NCBI GenBank assembly: GCA_964106915.2 | Contig: OZ066920.1 | Origin: Podarcis gaigeae | Lineage: Eukaryota | DNA length: 64,000 bases | Reading direction: 5' to 3' (one strand) | Shown: positions 24,532 through 37,340 of the stretch, piece after piece | Layout: every line of letters begins with the position of its first letter | Numbering within the stretch: position 1 is the stretch's first letter | Translations under genes and position numbers: made by a program | Notes under the pieces: model-generated | Told to the model about the DNA's origin: nothing | What the model saw: the letters and a program-made list of their open reading frames with translations, nothing else | The model's database searches: none

Positions 24532-24887
24532 GGGACGCGGGTGGCACTGAGGGTTAAACCACAGAGCCTAGGACTTGCCGATCAGTAGGTCAGCAGTTTG
24601 AATCCCTGCGACGGGGTGAGCTCCCATTGCTCGGTTCCTGCTCCTGCCAACCAAGCAGTTTGAAAGCACGTCAAAGTGCAAGTAGATAAATAGGTACCGC
24701 TCCGGCGGAAAGGTAAATGGCGTTTCCGTGGGCTGCTCTGGTTCGCCAGAAGCAGCTTAGTCATGCTGGCCACATGATCCAGAAGCTGTACACCGGCTCC
24801 CTCGGCCAATAAAGCGAGATGAGTGCCGCAACCCCAGAGTCGGTCACAACTGGACCTAATGGTCAGGGGTCCCTTTACTTTATTCTT
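24532..24887 (+). mobile_element. Sauria SINE, full length
   Basis: GGGACGCGGGTGGC tRNA-like head, AGATAAATAGGTACCGC core, GGACCTAATGGTCAGGGGTCCCTTTAC tail; about 14-bp TSD TATTCTTYTCCTAG. Confidence 0.88.
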
Positions 24888-25576
24888 TATTCTTCTCCTA
24901 GAGCTACAATTTCCAGAGCTGTCTGGGAAGAAGGATTGTTAAACTACTCTGGAAATTGTAGTCTTTGATAAAAGAGGAGTGTCTCATTTAATGTCTTGCT
25001 ATCATTTACTGCTGCTGTAGTTTTCAAATCTACTTGTCCACCTCTCTCGTGTGTGGACAACTGGAGGAGAATGGTGGTTGGCAGTAGCACCTGCTGCAAC
25101 AATGCTGGGGGTGGGGGATGCAGGGATAGAAACATGGGGAGCCAGGTTTACATTGGCCAGGAGCCCATCAACAGCACTTCTTCTAAGGGCTCACTGAAGT
25201 CTGGTGCCAACTGAGATGAGCAAAAGTGTGTACAAACACTACTGGGTGCTGATGAACTAGTTTACTCAGACAATTGTGTTTTACATGTCTAGATGCAAAT
25301 AAAATTGATTGAATTTTTTTCCAACTTGGATAACATTTAAAGTGAATCATTGTATTCACAGCTTTTAAAAATGGGAGAACTCTCAGAGTTAGAACTCCAC
25401 TGTGTTGACCAATAAGCTCTTTGTTCATTGGAAAAATTGAGCACTAGGATTGTTTTATTTGAGGTTAATATATAGCCTGATATTCCTCTCCGCCCCCGCC
25501 CTCGCTTCCGAGTGAAAATGTAAGCAAGCAAGTAAAAGAAACATTTTGTTAGGAAAGGAAAGATTGGAATACCCAC

Positions 25577-25618
25577 CTATTTATTATTAGATAAACACGA
25601 CCATTGACTTTGGCATGG
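25577..25618 (-). CDS. PIEZO2: PIEZO2 exon 18 (42-nt cassette exon)
   Basis: ccaaag|C CAT..AAT AG|gtgggt; (S)HAKVNGRVYLIIN, matching the mammalian alternative exon as recalled; phase 2-2. Confidence 0.92.
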   Translation of the reverse strand, partial: PCQSQWSCLSNNK

Positions 25619-26186
25619 CTTTGGTGAGAAAGATGAAAGCACAAGAATGCATGGGACGGCAGCAGGAAAATTAGTTAAGAGAAAGAAAGAGAAAAGAATA
25701 GTGTTAAACAGGAAAGAAGGAACATTGCTGTCTTACCAGAGGAAGAATATATTGCCAACAGTCCCAATGAAATAGTAAGATTATTGAAGGATTATTACAA
25801 AACATTCAGTAACAAACACTTGTCAGCATATAGGTTCCCATTGTACCACTAGACTTCCAGCTACTTGGATTAAAAGAGCCAACTTCCTTAACAATCCTGT
25901 TTGATGTCTCCCCACTCAATACCAAACGATAAAACATTATCTGAGTAGCATAACCAAACAGAAAAGATCTATAAAAAAGTATGTGAGTTGTGCTAACAGA
26001 AGTCTATAGAACACAAGATTTCTAAGCAGTCTATTACCCAATTTCTTGGTGACTGCAAGCCAGCTTAGCTTTCAAAATAAAGTTCATGCTTAGACATCAG
26101 AGCTATATAACCATATGGTGGTTGAGGAAGTAGAAGCTAAGAACCTGGTGACACTGAAAGAAATAACATTTCTCTGCTTGCTTTAC

Positions 26187-26360
26187 CTGTAAATGGCACT
26201 ATCCTGTTTGCTGATTATGGCTTTCAAATCCGTGAGTTCAAGGAAACGGTCATGGAAATAATGTAGGTGTAAGATGCACACTAACAAAAAGGAGGTTGGA
26301 ATAAAGATGCGGGTAAACAACTCTGCTACAGAAAACTGCTTTAAGCCAAGATCTTCTAGT
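26187..26360 (-). CDS. PIEZO2: PIEZO2 exon 17 (174 nt)
   Basis: ttcag|A CTA..TAC AG|gtaaag; LEDLGLKQFSVAELFTRIFIPTSFLLVCILHLHYFHDRF..AIY; phase 2-2. Confidence 0.95.
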
Positions 26361-26569
26361 CTGAAATATAAAGCAATACAAGATACAGCTAAGTTAATGG
26401 TCAGGATGAATTTGACAATGTTTAACATTTGGCAGAAAGCACATTCTTAGCTGGTTGTAAAACAGAGCAGCTATAAAGACTATTTGGTGCAGTTTTGGGA
26501 ATCATATAGTTCCACATACAACAGAAAACTAATAATATACATATCCACTGTATTGGTCTATGGCCAGAA

Positions 26570-26628
26570 TAATTCATTCATTCATTCATTCATTCATTCA
26601 TGCATGCATGCATGCATGCATTCATTCA
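26570..26628. repeat. Compound (TTCA)n(TGCA)5 microsatellite
   Basis: Direct reading. Confidence 0.9.
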
Positions 26629-26695
26629 TATCTATTATAGAGACAAGAGGCTTGCAAAAAGAACTTTACTGTCTGGTTCTTAAAATGCATTATGC

Positions 26696-27515
26696 CAGTC
26701 GTTTTCAACCAGTGTGCCGTGGCACTCTGGGGCGCCTTGAATGATGGTCAGGGTGCTGCAGGCAACATTGGCCTCTGTCCCTCTTTCCTTCCCTCCCTCC
26801 TCTGATGCCCTCTCGCATCTTTGCCTCCCCTTTAGAGGCTTGCACAGCTGTTTATTGCAGCAGCCCTAGCTATGAGCTCTGCAGGTGAATTATGCCTCTG
26901 GGGCTGGCCAGGAGGTGCTGGGTGCCAGGAGCTGAGGTGGCCTTGGAGTAAGCAGGCAAGAGCATGAGAGGGCCCAGCCAGCCAGCCCACCAGCCCTTGC
27001 TGTTTGGAACAGACAAGTGGGAGGCTGGGCAGGCAGGCAGGTACCACGTTGGCCTTTCCTGTGCTTACTGTGTGCAAGGCCTGCCTGGGAGCTGAGTGCC
27101 CAGCACTGAAGGGGAGCCTTTCCACCATGCAGTTCTGGCAGTGCCTGTTGCTGCCACCCAAGGTAAGATGCTGGCCTCATGTTCACCTTCAGCTAGCCTC
27201 CTTTGGGCCACTAACACTGGGGGCACCCTCTTCCCAGGCCCCTGTGGGGCAGTGTGAGGAGGCACCTCTCTTTGGGCCAGAGGGGTAGTTCAGAGACCAG
27301 GAGCAGTGGCGGTGGCTGCCCAGAGGACTCCCACGGAGTGGGGAGAGGAGGCTGAGGAAACACTCCACAAGGGAGTATGTTCAAAAAGGGGTGAGGGGCT
27401 GCCGGCTCTGCAGGCAAGGGGTGACATAACTGGGCTCCTGCGCCCCACAGGGGTACCGCAGAAAGAATGTAGTTGGTCAAGGGAGCCGTGGACTCAAAAA
27501 GGTTGCAAACCTCTG
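26696..27515. mobile_element. Non-autonomous hAT DNA transposon (820 bp, GC-rich)
   Basis: Imperfect TIR CAGTCGTTTTCAACC/GGTTGCAAACCTCTG; exact 8-bp TSD CATTATGC; accounts for the cluster of GC-rich ORFs here. Confidence 0.88.
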
Positions 27516-28547
27516 CATTATGCAATCATGCATTCTAGCATTTTATTTTATTTTAAAAAAGAGTAAGTTGTAATACTGGAAAATCTAACTAATTTATCCA
27601 GACAATATGTATCTGCTAGAGCAGCCAGGTAAGTTTAAATAAAGTCATCTGGGTAGCTTACAACATCAAACATGGCATTTGGAATCACAGTGGCTACCTT
27701 TGAAGATCATGATAAGATTAAAACCATGGCTTACTGTGTCTGAGTGAAGTGCACCCACCCAGCCAGAATGTGAGGTTTGCTTAAAGAAACCATAAGCTAA
27801 TAACTAACCTTGGCTTATCACTATCCCTATATTAAGCCAGGGATCATGGTTTGTTTCCTCCCAGTGCCGGCACATATGAAGTCTATTGTGCATGGTAATC
27901 TATTGTTTGTGTGTTACCATCATGTGGAAAGAAAGCTTGTCTTGAAATACAATACAGTGTAATGAATAAAATACAATCAGCCAGGAAGTTTAGCCCCACA
28001 ACTGCAGCACTTTTAAAACGATCATCCATGAGCTACTCAAAATTAGGTAACAGTGATACAGCATTTTTTTTATGATGCAGAAAAATGAACAAAACTGTAG
28101 CCAATGGATGGTGAGAAAAAGAAAAGGGAGATAAAGCTAAGGAAAAATTAAATAAATATGGCTGAGAGGAAAACAAGCAGCCAACTTCACAAAGGAAACA
28201 CTGTTCTTCCCAACTTTGACTCACGTGCATAACATGGGACTTCCCCACTTTTGGGCTAGGAATAGAATGATAGCCATATTTTTGTTTCCACATTGTACAT
28301 AGTGGACACTGCTTAAGAGATCTTTAAAATATTAAGCAGTTAAGAAATGCTTTAAATTAAAATAAAATATAAAGCAAATATTGGTCTGCAGACATCTCAT
28401 ATGTGTGGTTGAACAGATAGCATGAATAAGAAAAATCCATCACCATCCAGTTTAACCCGCACTCATGGGACTTCTGGGCAGGACTGGCAACAATCCATAA
28501 TGTATTTGTTAATAGAAGGTGAGACTACGTTAACAGAAAATACTCAC

Positions 28548-28696
28548 TGTTTCTCATTCATCCCTGTCATGTTTTTCCACAACCCAGGAAATGATTTAAA
28601 CTGATATGTGTAGATAAAAACAAGTACTAGCATCGTGTAAACCACCACTGACATCCAAAAATATTTCAAAATTCGCCGCCACCATTCATAGTGCAC
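28548..28696 (-). CDS. PIEZO2: PIEZO2 exon 16 (149 nt)
   Basis: cccag|GTG CAC..AAA CA|gtgagt; VHYEWWRRILKYFWMSVVVYTMLVL..NMTGMNEK; phase 0-2. Confidence 0.95.
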
Positions 28697-30491
28697 CTGG
28701 GAACCAGAAATTCATGTTGTAAAACAAATTGTTAGCTTTTTATAAATATAATTGCTTATATTCAACTCAATTTGGACATGGCGATTTCAATGGATTGTGG
28801 TTGGATTTCTTGTTTACTGAGGAGGTCGATAATACTGTTTGAAGGGCTGTGGTCTGCCTCTTGTTTGCCAGGCATATGAAGGCCTGTTAAGGCAATTGTG
28901 AACTGCAGCGATAAATATGACACTAAACTAGGGATAGGGAATACACTACAAATCTCATCAGCCCTAGTCAACATGGCCAGTGCTCAAAGGTAATGGAAGC
29001 TGTAGCCCAAATTCTGAAGGGTCATAATTAACTTTTCCTGCACTAAATGAAAACTGCCAAGACTGTGAAACAAGTTGCAATTTGTCTGGTCTTTAAAGTG
29101 GCATAGTTAATGCTCCCTGCATGCAGTAACCCTCCTGAACTCCACTATGCACCATTTTAATTGCTGTATAGGTGAGTAGAAAGGGGGGGGGGGGAGAGAA
29201 GCAAAACTTATTGATTAGAGTTCCCTTTTGCTTGACATGAAATTGGTTAGCATTTGGAGAAGATTATTTCCATGGGGGCATTCAGAATTATCTGCCCAGG
29301 AAGGCCCATCAAACCACTCCCTGTTCTTTCTAACCAAGAGGGGAAGAGCTTCTCTTGGCTATGGTTGGTGTTGCAGTCATCAATTTTATTTTATATATAT
29401 ATTCACAGAATTTTAATTTTTTATCTTTTAAGTTACTCTGATCTATTACCTTCTTTTAGTAGATAAGGAACTAGCAAGTTTATTAATTTTTTATATCCAG
29501 AAAAAAGAGATCTGAAGAACCATGACTATTTTTCAGTTACAACACTATGAGGTAGGGAAAAACTACAGCAGTAATCTAAGAAATCTGTCTCTATCCCATT
29601 GAAGGCTAAGCCTATACTAGAATATGTGAATGAGTGCATAGCTACAGTCTACCAAAAGTTCTTTATACAGAGTTTGTTAACAAACTTCATTGACTTTGTC
29701 AATAGGCTAGTTCTTCAGACATCACCTTCAGTAGGTGATGTCCCCCAGTTTATGTTAACAGCCGAGGACACTGTAAAGTAGACCCGATCTAGGCAATAAG
29801 GGGCATGGAGAACATCGTTCATAAAAGAGGAACTGGAGCTAAGCATTGCTAATAGGGGAGATTTGGCATAAGATATTGTCTGAGAGCTAAACAGATTGTA
29901 TGCAAAGGGCTTGTTGCTGAACAACAATAAACCCCCTTGATTAGGACTCACATGTTTTTCTACTGAATTCTGTATTGTTTTGCTGACATTGCTACATAAC
30001 CTCACTATTGCAGGAAAGCACGGAGAGTGGCATCACTCTGTAAAAACTGACTTTGATGTAAAATGATTAAGAGGGGCAGCTAATAAAGGGTCACATCTGT
30101 GCGGGGGGAGGGGGAGTATAAGAAGAAGTCTCTCATTGCCATCATGCCCAGGGAAATGTACAGGGGTCAGGAGAATGTATGAGGCAGCTTTCACTCAAAT
30201 GGCCAGCAAACTGCAGAGCTGAAAGACTCTTGGTGGTTAGGAAATGTGTGCTTGCCATTGTCTTGTGCTGTACCCTTACTCTTAGAATCACAAAAACACT
30301 GAACAGATGGGTTAAATCCACAATAAAGAGTAATCCACACTATAGGACTTAAATTATTTCTAATCCAACCCTATTGCTTAGGACAAACAATTGCTGTTTT
30401 AAAAATATAGTAAGGGTAATTAAACATATACCCTGGTTACATTAATTAAAAAGTAACAAGCTGAAGAAAACCTACATTTTGTTTAACTTAC

Positions 30492-30763
30492 CTGATATAG
30501 GACTACACAGAACAAGAAGAGCATCATGTAGATGATTTTGTACATGACAATTTTCCCTTCAAAGCTGACAAAAAAGAACATTCCTCCACAGACATAAATC
30601 CAGTATTTAATGAACATAGCCATCACCAGGTTTCCCAGGACCTTCATTACATCTTCTTCCTCCTCCTCTTCCTCCTCCACCTCCTCCTCCCCTCTTTCCT
30701 CCTCTCCCTCCAATTGCTCCACTTCCTCCTTTTGGGATTCTTCATCTTTTTGGGATTCCTCCT
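30492..30763 (-). CDS. PIEZO2: PIEZO2 exon 15 (272 nt)
   Basis: tacag|AG GAG..TAT CAG|gtaagt; acidic loop then MKVLGNLVMAMFIKYWIYVCGG..VLYQ; phase 1-0. Confidence 0.95.
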
Positions 30764-30912
30764 CTGTAAATACAAATACTTTTGCTTAGTTCATATTACA
30801 TGGTCTTGCATTGTTGGTAAAAACAAGACTACTGTGGGCAGAGTGCAACTACACTGGGCAGGACATACAACACAGGAAAAGCTAAAGCAGGCAAGGGAGC
30901 AGAGAGAAACTA

Positions 30913-31138
30913 CAGTGGTACCTCGGGTTACATACGCTTCAGGTTACAGACTCCACTAACCCAGAAATATTACCTCGGGTTAAGAACTTTGCTTCAGGTT
31001 GAGAACAGAAATCAGGCTCTGGCGGCGCAGTGGCAGCAGGAGGCCCCATTAGCTAAAGTGATGCTTCAGGTTAAGAACAGTTTCAGGTTAAGAACGGACC
31101 TCTGGAACGAATTAAGTACTTAACCTGAGGTACCACTG
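30913..31138. mobile_element. Tc1/mariner-superfamily MITE (family A, orientation 1)
   Basis: TIR CAGTGGTACCTC..GAGGTACCACTG, TA TSD, internal CAGGTTAAGAAC repeats. Confidence 0.9.
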
Positions 31139-32367
31139 TACTCATATGAGGTGAGCTAATGTTAGGCTAGTACCTGCCAGCCTCCTTCTCATCCCATGGT
31201 AAAGGAGAGGATGAGTAGCAGCTTGGAAGTTACCAGGGGTAGTTTAGGGGAGCGCAACTGGTTCGCCCAGACTGAGCACTGCAGGGGGCTCCGCAACAAT
31301 GATATAGAATGGAAGGCTTGTATTACTGGGATCTGATTCACATGATGTTTGAATTCCCTATATTTGCATTTTATGCCATGGAACCATTCACTGACCTTGT
31401 CTTAGCTTCAGTGCTAATCAACTGAAATTGAGTCACTGTTTTCTGGATACTGATGACTTTTAGTATAAGATGCATGTATATGGGATTTGACCTCTGTATG
31501 TGTGGCCTCACTTGAATCATCTGATCTACATATGAGTTGTGTAATTCAATGAAAACATGAACCCGTAGACTCATTTTTCATTTTCATATATAGCTAATAT
31601 CTTCCATATCATTTGGTAAAATTTCATTATCTGGCAAAAGTTCTTCAAAATGGCATTTTACATACACTTGAGAAAAGGAACAGAAGCGCGACATGCAAAA
31701 TGACCCAGAATTTCCCTAACTCTCACTGCTAAATTTCAGTTAAATTCCTCACTTAGTAAGGCAATGACCGTTTTATGCTTGTCCAATATGTGCACGACCA
31801 CACACATGTGCATCACCACAACCTGGAAGTGGCCAGGAAAGGGGTAGGAGGAAGAGACATAACAGGGCAGAGCAGACTCATTTTCATAGTCCAGTCCTTC
31901 CCCTGCCCACACCCCAAATATTCTTAAGAGGGTCTCTTCTCCAGTCTTCAGAGAGTAGCTGGAAGTGGGGAGCCAGAAAAAGCTCCTCCTTTCCTTCTAC
32001 TCTGCAGTTTTAATCTGAAATCTTAGGCGCAGTACTGCACCCAGAACTTAGAAACTGTTCACACTAATGAAATTCCATCACAAAATGTGCCTAGAATAAT
32101 GGGAGTTTCGAACACTAAACGTAACCCCCGCGCAAAACAGTTGTTGCCTGCGTGTCCCATCTCGTTACTTCACACTGTCTTTTCCTCATTTGCCCTGTTT
32201 CACTTTTCTATCAGCCGAACTCCCCACACAATGTCATTTCCATCAAAGTCACTTTCTTTGGCCTTTGCTCCTTCTACTACTGCTTCACTTTCCTCTTTGT
32301 CACACTTTCTCACGTTGGTCCCTTTTGGGCTCACAGATTGCGTTCAGAATTTGCGTTCAGTATTTAC

Positions 32368-32491
32368 CTTTTTCTTCACTCTCTTCTTCTTCAACTTTTA
32401 CCTCTGATAAAACAGCTTCTTTTAACTGGAAAGCTTTCCGCTCAGTGAGATGTTGTCTGAGCAGTAGCCAAAATGTAATTGCAAAAAGAAT
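32368..32491 (-). CDS. PIEZO2: PIEZO2 exon 14 (124 nt)
   Basis: ttgcag|ATT CTT..AAA G|gtaaat; ILFAITFWLLLRQHLTERKAFQLKEAVLSEVKVEEEESEEK; phase 0-1. Confidence 0.95.
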
Positions 32492-33639
32492 CTGCAAGGA
32501 GAAATGGGGAGGAGGAGGAGAACAGAGGGGGAAAGTTAGAACACCTAATATGTTGTTTAATATTCATTATCTAATAGAATTACCTACGACATTGTACTTA
32601 CGAGATGGACACACTCTGGTTGACATTGTAATTCAAGGATGGGGCAACAGTGCCTCTATAGATGTTTGATTACCGCTTCCATCATGCTATTCTATGCTGC
32701 TTGGGGATGATGGCACTTAAGAGTTTATGAATATATGGAGAGCCACAGGTTTCCATTCCCGCTGTTAATAATTTGTGAGAACTGGATGATATTGCTGAAC
32801 ATCTCCCAGACATTTGCCAACATAATCTGGCCCCCAAATGTCTCTAGAGCCATCTTGATGCTAAGACTGTGCTTTTATTTGGGGATGAATGGTAAAATGA
32901 GACAACTATATACCTTTCATTCCATTTTTAATCTGTCACAAATATAACTGTACACAAATTCCCTCCAAGAACTCTCCACCTGATTTGTGGGCAAAGAATT
33001 TGCGAGAACCATTAGCTTCTTTGTCATTTTATAAGGATTTGCTTTGTTGTTGTTTTGATGTTGCAACAACTATGTTGGTGGCCTGGCCACCATTGCGCAC
33101 AAAGCTCTAGATCTAGTTTCATTTTACAGAATTTTCTCTAAGTATTCCCCACCATTTTTTGTACAATGGTCACTACATTTAGAGAAAATTTTGCAAAATT
33201 ACCCCTTTTTCCATAAGAAATTTCAGCTCTACTCCAGTGACAAGACATGACCCATGGACACAAATGACTTTCAGTGAACAACTCCTTATTCAGTGCTGTT
33301 TGTGCCTTTTGGTTTCAGTTTGCCAGTCAACTGGGCATGGCTGCCTCTGGTGGAAGAAGAGAAACGTAGATAACTCTCCAGTCCTCTATTTTGCTTCTAA
33401 TTTAGTTTCCTTTTCTTTATGAGAGGCAGAGGGGCAGAGAGACAGAGACAAAGAGGGCAGGATTGTGCTTGCTGATGGGTGCAAAACAGGTCCTCAACTT
33501 CTTCCAGTTATGTTGAGATACTTTTATATCCTTGATGTACTTCATATGATAACACAATCTTTATTTTCAGTGATTTGCAGGTTCTACTTATGGTTTTGAT
33601 AACAAACTACACATCTATCCAGTGCCTGCACTCTCCCTC

Positions 33640-33783
33640 ATGTTGTTGTTTTGTTGTTGTTATATGTTATGTTATGTTGTTACGTTGTGTTGTGTTGTTT
33701 GTTGTGTTGTGTTGTGTTGTGTTGTGTTGTGATGTGTTGTGATGTGATGATGTGATGTGATGTGATGTGATGTGATGATGTGG
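33640..33783. repeat. (TGTGT/TGTGA)n pentamer microsatellite running into the gap
   Basis: Direct reading. Confidence 0.9.
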
Positions 33784-33978
33784 NNNNNNNNNNNNNNNNN
33801 NNNNNNNNNNNNNNNNNNNNNNNNNNNNNNNNNNNNNNNNNNNNNNNNNNNNNNNNNNNNNNNNNNNNNNNNNNNNNNNNNNNNNNNNNNNNNNNNNNNN
33901 NNNNNNNNNNNNNNNNNNNNNNNNNNNNNNNNNNNNNNNNNNNNNNNNNNNNNNNNNNNNNNNNNNNNNNNNNNNNNN
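33784..33978. other. Assembly gap (195 N) in intron 13
   Basis: Run of N; exons 13 and 14 join in phase across it. Confidence 0.99.
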
Positions 33979-35841
33979 GAATTGATTTGTAGTCAGTTTC
34001 CCTTAATCCCCTGTATTGTTGAGCCAGCAGCACTCTCATCTACTTAGGGAAAAGGTAGTGTTTTTAAAAAATTGTCGTTCCCTGAGTGTTTTGTGCCTTG
34101 CATAGTCAGTGAGAACCATACCACCCATGCCAAATTCCTACCCAACTTTGCCTTTAGAATGCTTTATCTTAATTCTTCACTGATTGTCAACAGTTTTTTT
34201 TTAAACATGTAGGATTATGTACTTGTAAGGTGGTTACAACGTTCACAGATTAATGTAGTTAAGCAGTATATAAACGTTAATAAAATAAAATAAAAATAGA
34301 ATAGAATAGAGCATTGTGCAACCTCATCTTCAGAGGCTTGGGTGGTGCCTTCATGTATAAAGAGTAAGTGAAACAGCACTTTATTCTCCCTTCCCAAAGG
34401 CAGCGATAAGCACATTTACTCTGTGACTGACTAGGTTCTGTATCTCATGGTTCTTCCTTTTTCTCTTTTGCATTTTCTAGCACATACAAATGCCCACACA
34501 GAATATTCACTGTGCTTCCATTTTCAAAATCTCTCTGGAGAGCAGTCTCTTCTACAAAGCAACTCATTTTCTATTTAAGAGCACATACTTTGAAAAATGA
34601 AAGAGAGAGCATTATGGTCTATTTATCTGTCATTTTCTATTGAAAGCAAAATTAAATTTATGTCTAAACCCACAGAGTGTCTTTTATTCAGTGAAATATA
34701 TCTAGGGTATGTCACTCACTTACTATGGTGTATACATTTATCTTTTTTGCTGATACCATAATTTCATTTTTCTGATAGCCACTACTTTTAGATAAGACAT
34801 TTTACAAAGCAGCCAATCAAAGTTTATGGCAAAGTTGCTGGCAACATATTAAAGCAGTTAAATCTCTTGAGAGAAATTTATAGCATCAATGAGAGAAAGT
34901 GTACAACATATCCAACAGAACCTCTGGACCATTTAATCTGTTTTAAGAGCACTAATGCTGCCTTTGAGAGAAGATAATATAGTGTTTGCTCATTTTCACA
35001 TTCATTATAAATTAAGGAGTAGCCAGCAGGGAATAAGTAGTACAGAATTCACTTTGAGAGAGAATCTAGTGCATCATAATGAAGGTGCTTGGGCTAGTGA
35101 GACAAAGGAATAATGAAATGCAATAGTGGGATTCATGAAACATTTTGTACCTACTTTGCTTCAGAAAAAAAAGACTACTAAATGTGATAGTATATTTGAG
35201 CTTTCACACAACATAAAAGCCACTTCTTGAAATCTAGTATAATATAGTGAAAGTTTAGCATTTGTTCCCATGTTAATTAGTGGCAGAAATAAACTGTTTG
35301 CAACCCTGGTTAAGCCAAAAAATTGTAGGGGTAAAGTTATGAAACTTGGGCAGTATACTAGTATAAATTTATTTCCTGCTGTTTTCATAGATCAATAATG
35401 GGAGAACAAAAGCATGTACGTGTGGAAAGAGTGGGGCTATAGTGACATTGTCCAAGGATGGTGCCATTGTTCTGCCATTCCACTCCCATTAGTGTAAATG
35501 AAATTTAGTGTGACATGCCGTTATATCAGTCAAGAAGTCACAGTTCCATAATTCAACAGGTACTATAATGTGAAAGGAATTTTAGAAGATGGGACAGAAA
35601 CAGCAGCATTAAAATCAAGGAAACTAATGCAATATTCACCACATCTGAATGCACCCCAGGTATACCCATATACAGGGTGTACATATACAGGGCTTTTTAG
35701 ATCCTGCTCATAGCTTGCACACATTGTATTTTTTCAACAACAACAAAAATCCTTTCACTTCTTTTACTTCTAATGTAAAATCCTGTATGAACTGAGGATC
35801 TCATTGGCTTCAGATTGATTCCATTTTAAAACATTATTTAC

Positions 35842-36078
35842 CTTTGATGCTAATTCTGTAGGAGCTTTCCGTTCTAGAAATCCTGAAACCGTTGGAAGTT
35901 CGTTCTCATTCAGATCAATACTCCAAATGTACTGAAATGTTAATAACAAGTTTCCATATACCACCATAAAAGGTGAACTGATCATAGCATATTTCCTTCG
36001 GTCACGCAGCATCCAAAGTATGCAGGACCATATCAGCATCACAAATGTCAACCAGCTATGGTAAGTAATACTCCAGGC
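35842..36078 (-). CDS. PIEZO2: PIEZO2 exon 13 (237 nt)
   Basis: cttaag|GCC TGG..TCA AAG|gtaaat; AWSITYHSWLTFVMLIWSC..PTELASK; phase 0-0. Confidence 0.95.
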
Positions 36079-37197
36079 CTTAAGAGAAAAGAAATGGAAG
36101 TATTATGTCCATTAAAAGGAAAACATGTAAGCATATGGTTTTCTTAACAGTGCTAAGTTTCTAAGTCAGAGGTGTATCCTATTCCCATTAGTTATTGAGA
36201 ACTGGGAAGCTACTGTTTGTAAAGCTGACATAAACTTTCACAACCGAGAAGTTTTTCTAGGAGAATTACAGTTAACACTGAGGCACTTTTCTCCTTTATT
36301 TTATGTCTTTATATTGCTACAGCAGAAACACTCCAGTCATCTGAAAATCCAGCAAAGATTAGCAATGTAAATGTGTTTTCATATTAATATAGACAATGGC
36401 ATAAATAGCTAATAACTGGAATTTAATATGGGTTTTTTTAAAACCACCATGATTTACTGTTAGCTTAAAATTGATCGATTGTTAAAAAAAGATGACCTAG
36501 TTTGAGTTCTGAGTTTTACATAATCGGGAAGCCTCAGGTTCACGAACTCCCCACCATCCTTCTTCCACATGGCCAGGAGAACTTCTGCATCATTTAGTTT
36601 CATTTTTATAAGAAAAGCCCTATTTGATTAAAGGCCAGCAACCTGTTACTTCAGCATCCTATTCTTACAGAATCACAGCTTGCTGTGCCATACTATCTAG
36701 AGATCAAGGTTTAACAATTTCAAAATAAGCTAACTTAAATCCATGAATTATAAAGCTGGCTTATTTAATCAGTGTTTCCTTTAAACCATGTTTCTTGGTT
36801 TGTACAAAGACATAATTGAGCACAACACTAAGCATGAATCAGGGTAACTTTTATTTGGATCGTTTAGGACTACAACATATTTAACAACAAATTTAAACTC
36901 CTGCTCTTTACTACCTCAGGACCAAATGGAAGTTGTAATGAAAGTAATATGTCTACATTACAGCAGATAAAGGATTGCAAGGGACAATACACAAATGGTT
37001 GAAGAATAAGAGCATTAACATGAGGGAAATATTTCATTAGATTAAGCATGTTTGTTTCTAATGCTGAGTGAAAAATTACAAATTTAAAAGGAGTAACAAT
37101 TATAATGATCAACTGTAGGACTTCGACCACAAAATAGTCTTGTTACCAAAATGGACATTTGTTATCAGAGCTATAACAAAGATGTTATATAACCTAC

Positions 37198-37340
37198 CAT
37201 CATGGCAATCAGAGCACAAACATAACTTTGCTTCATGATAAAATGGAAAACTGTGACCATTGCATGAACTTTGGGATTCACTTCTTCCTCAACATTTTCT
37301 TCCTCATCCTCTTCTTCCTCTTCTTCTTCCTCTTTCTTTT
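37198..37340 (-). CDS. PIEZO2: PIEZO2 exon 12 (143 nt)
   Basis: ctcag|AA AAG..ATG ATG|gtaggt; poly-E then KVHAMVTVFHFIMKQSYVCALIAMM; phase 1-0. Confidence 0.95.

Noticed and set aside
26832-27566. Cluster of overlapping 66-109 aa ORFs
   Set aside because: They lie almost wholly in a GC-rich non-autonomous hAT element and show no transposase motifs.
32130-32367. Purine-rich, acidic-looking frame just after exon 14 (TQSVSPKGTNVRKCDKEESEAVVEGAKAKESDFDG)
   Set aside because: Read-through from exon 14 stops at GGT AAA TAC TGA. The acidic frame is shifted, preceded by TGA, and has no pyrimidine-tract acceptor.
32087-32669. Plus-strand ORFs up to 159 aa
   Set aside because: Antisense shadows of exon 14 and purine-rich flanks.
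33680-34047. ORFs spanning the N run
   Set aside because: Artefacts of the assembly gap and microsatellite.
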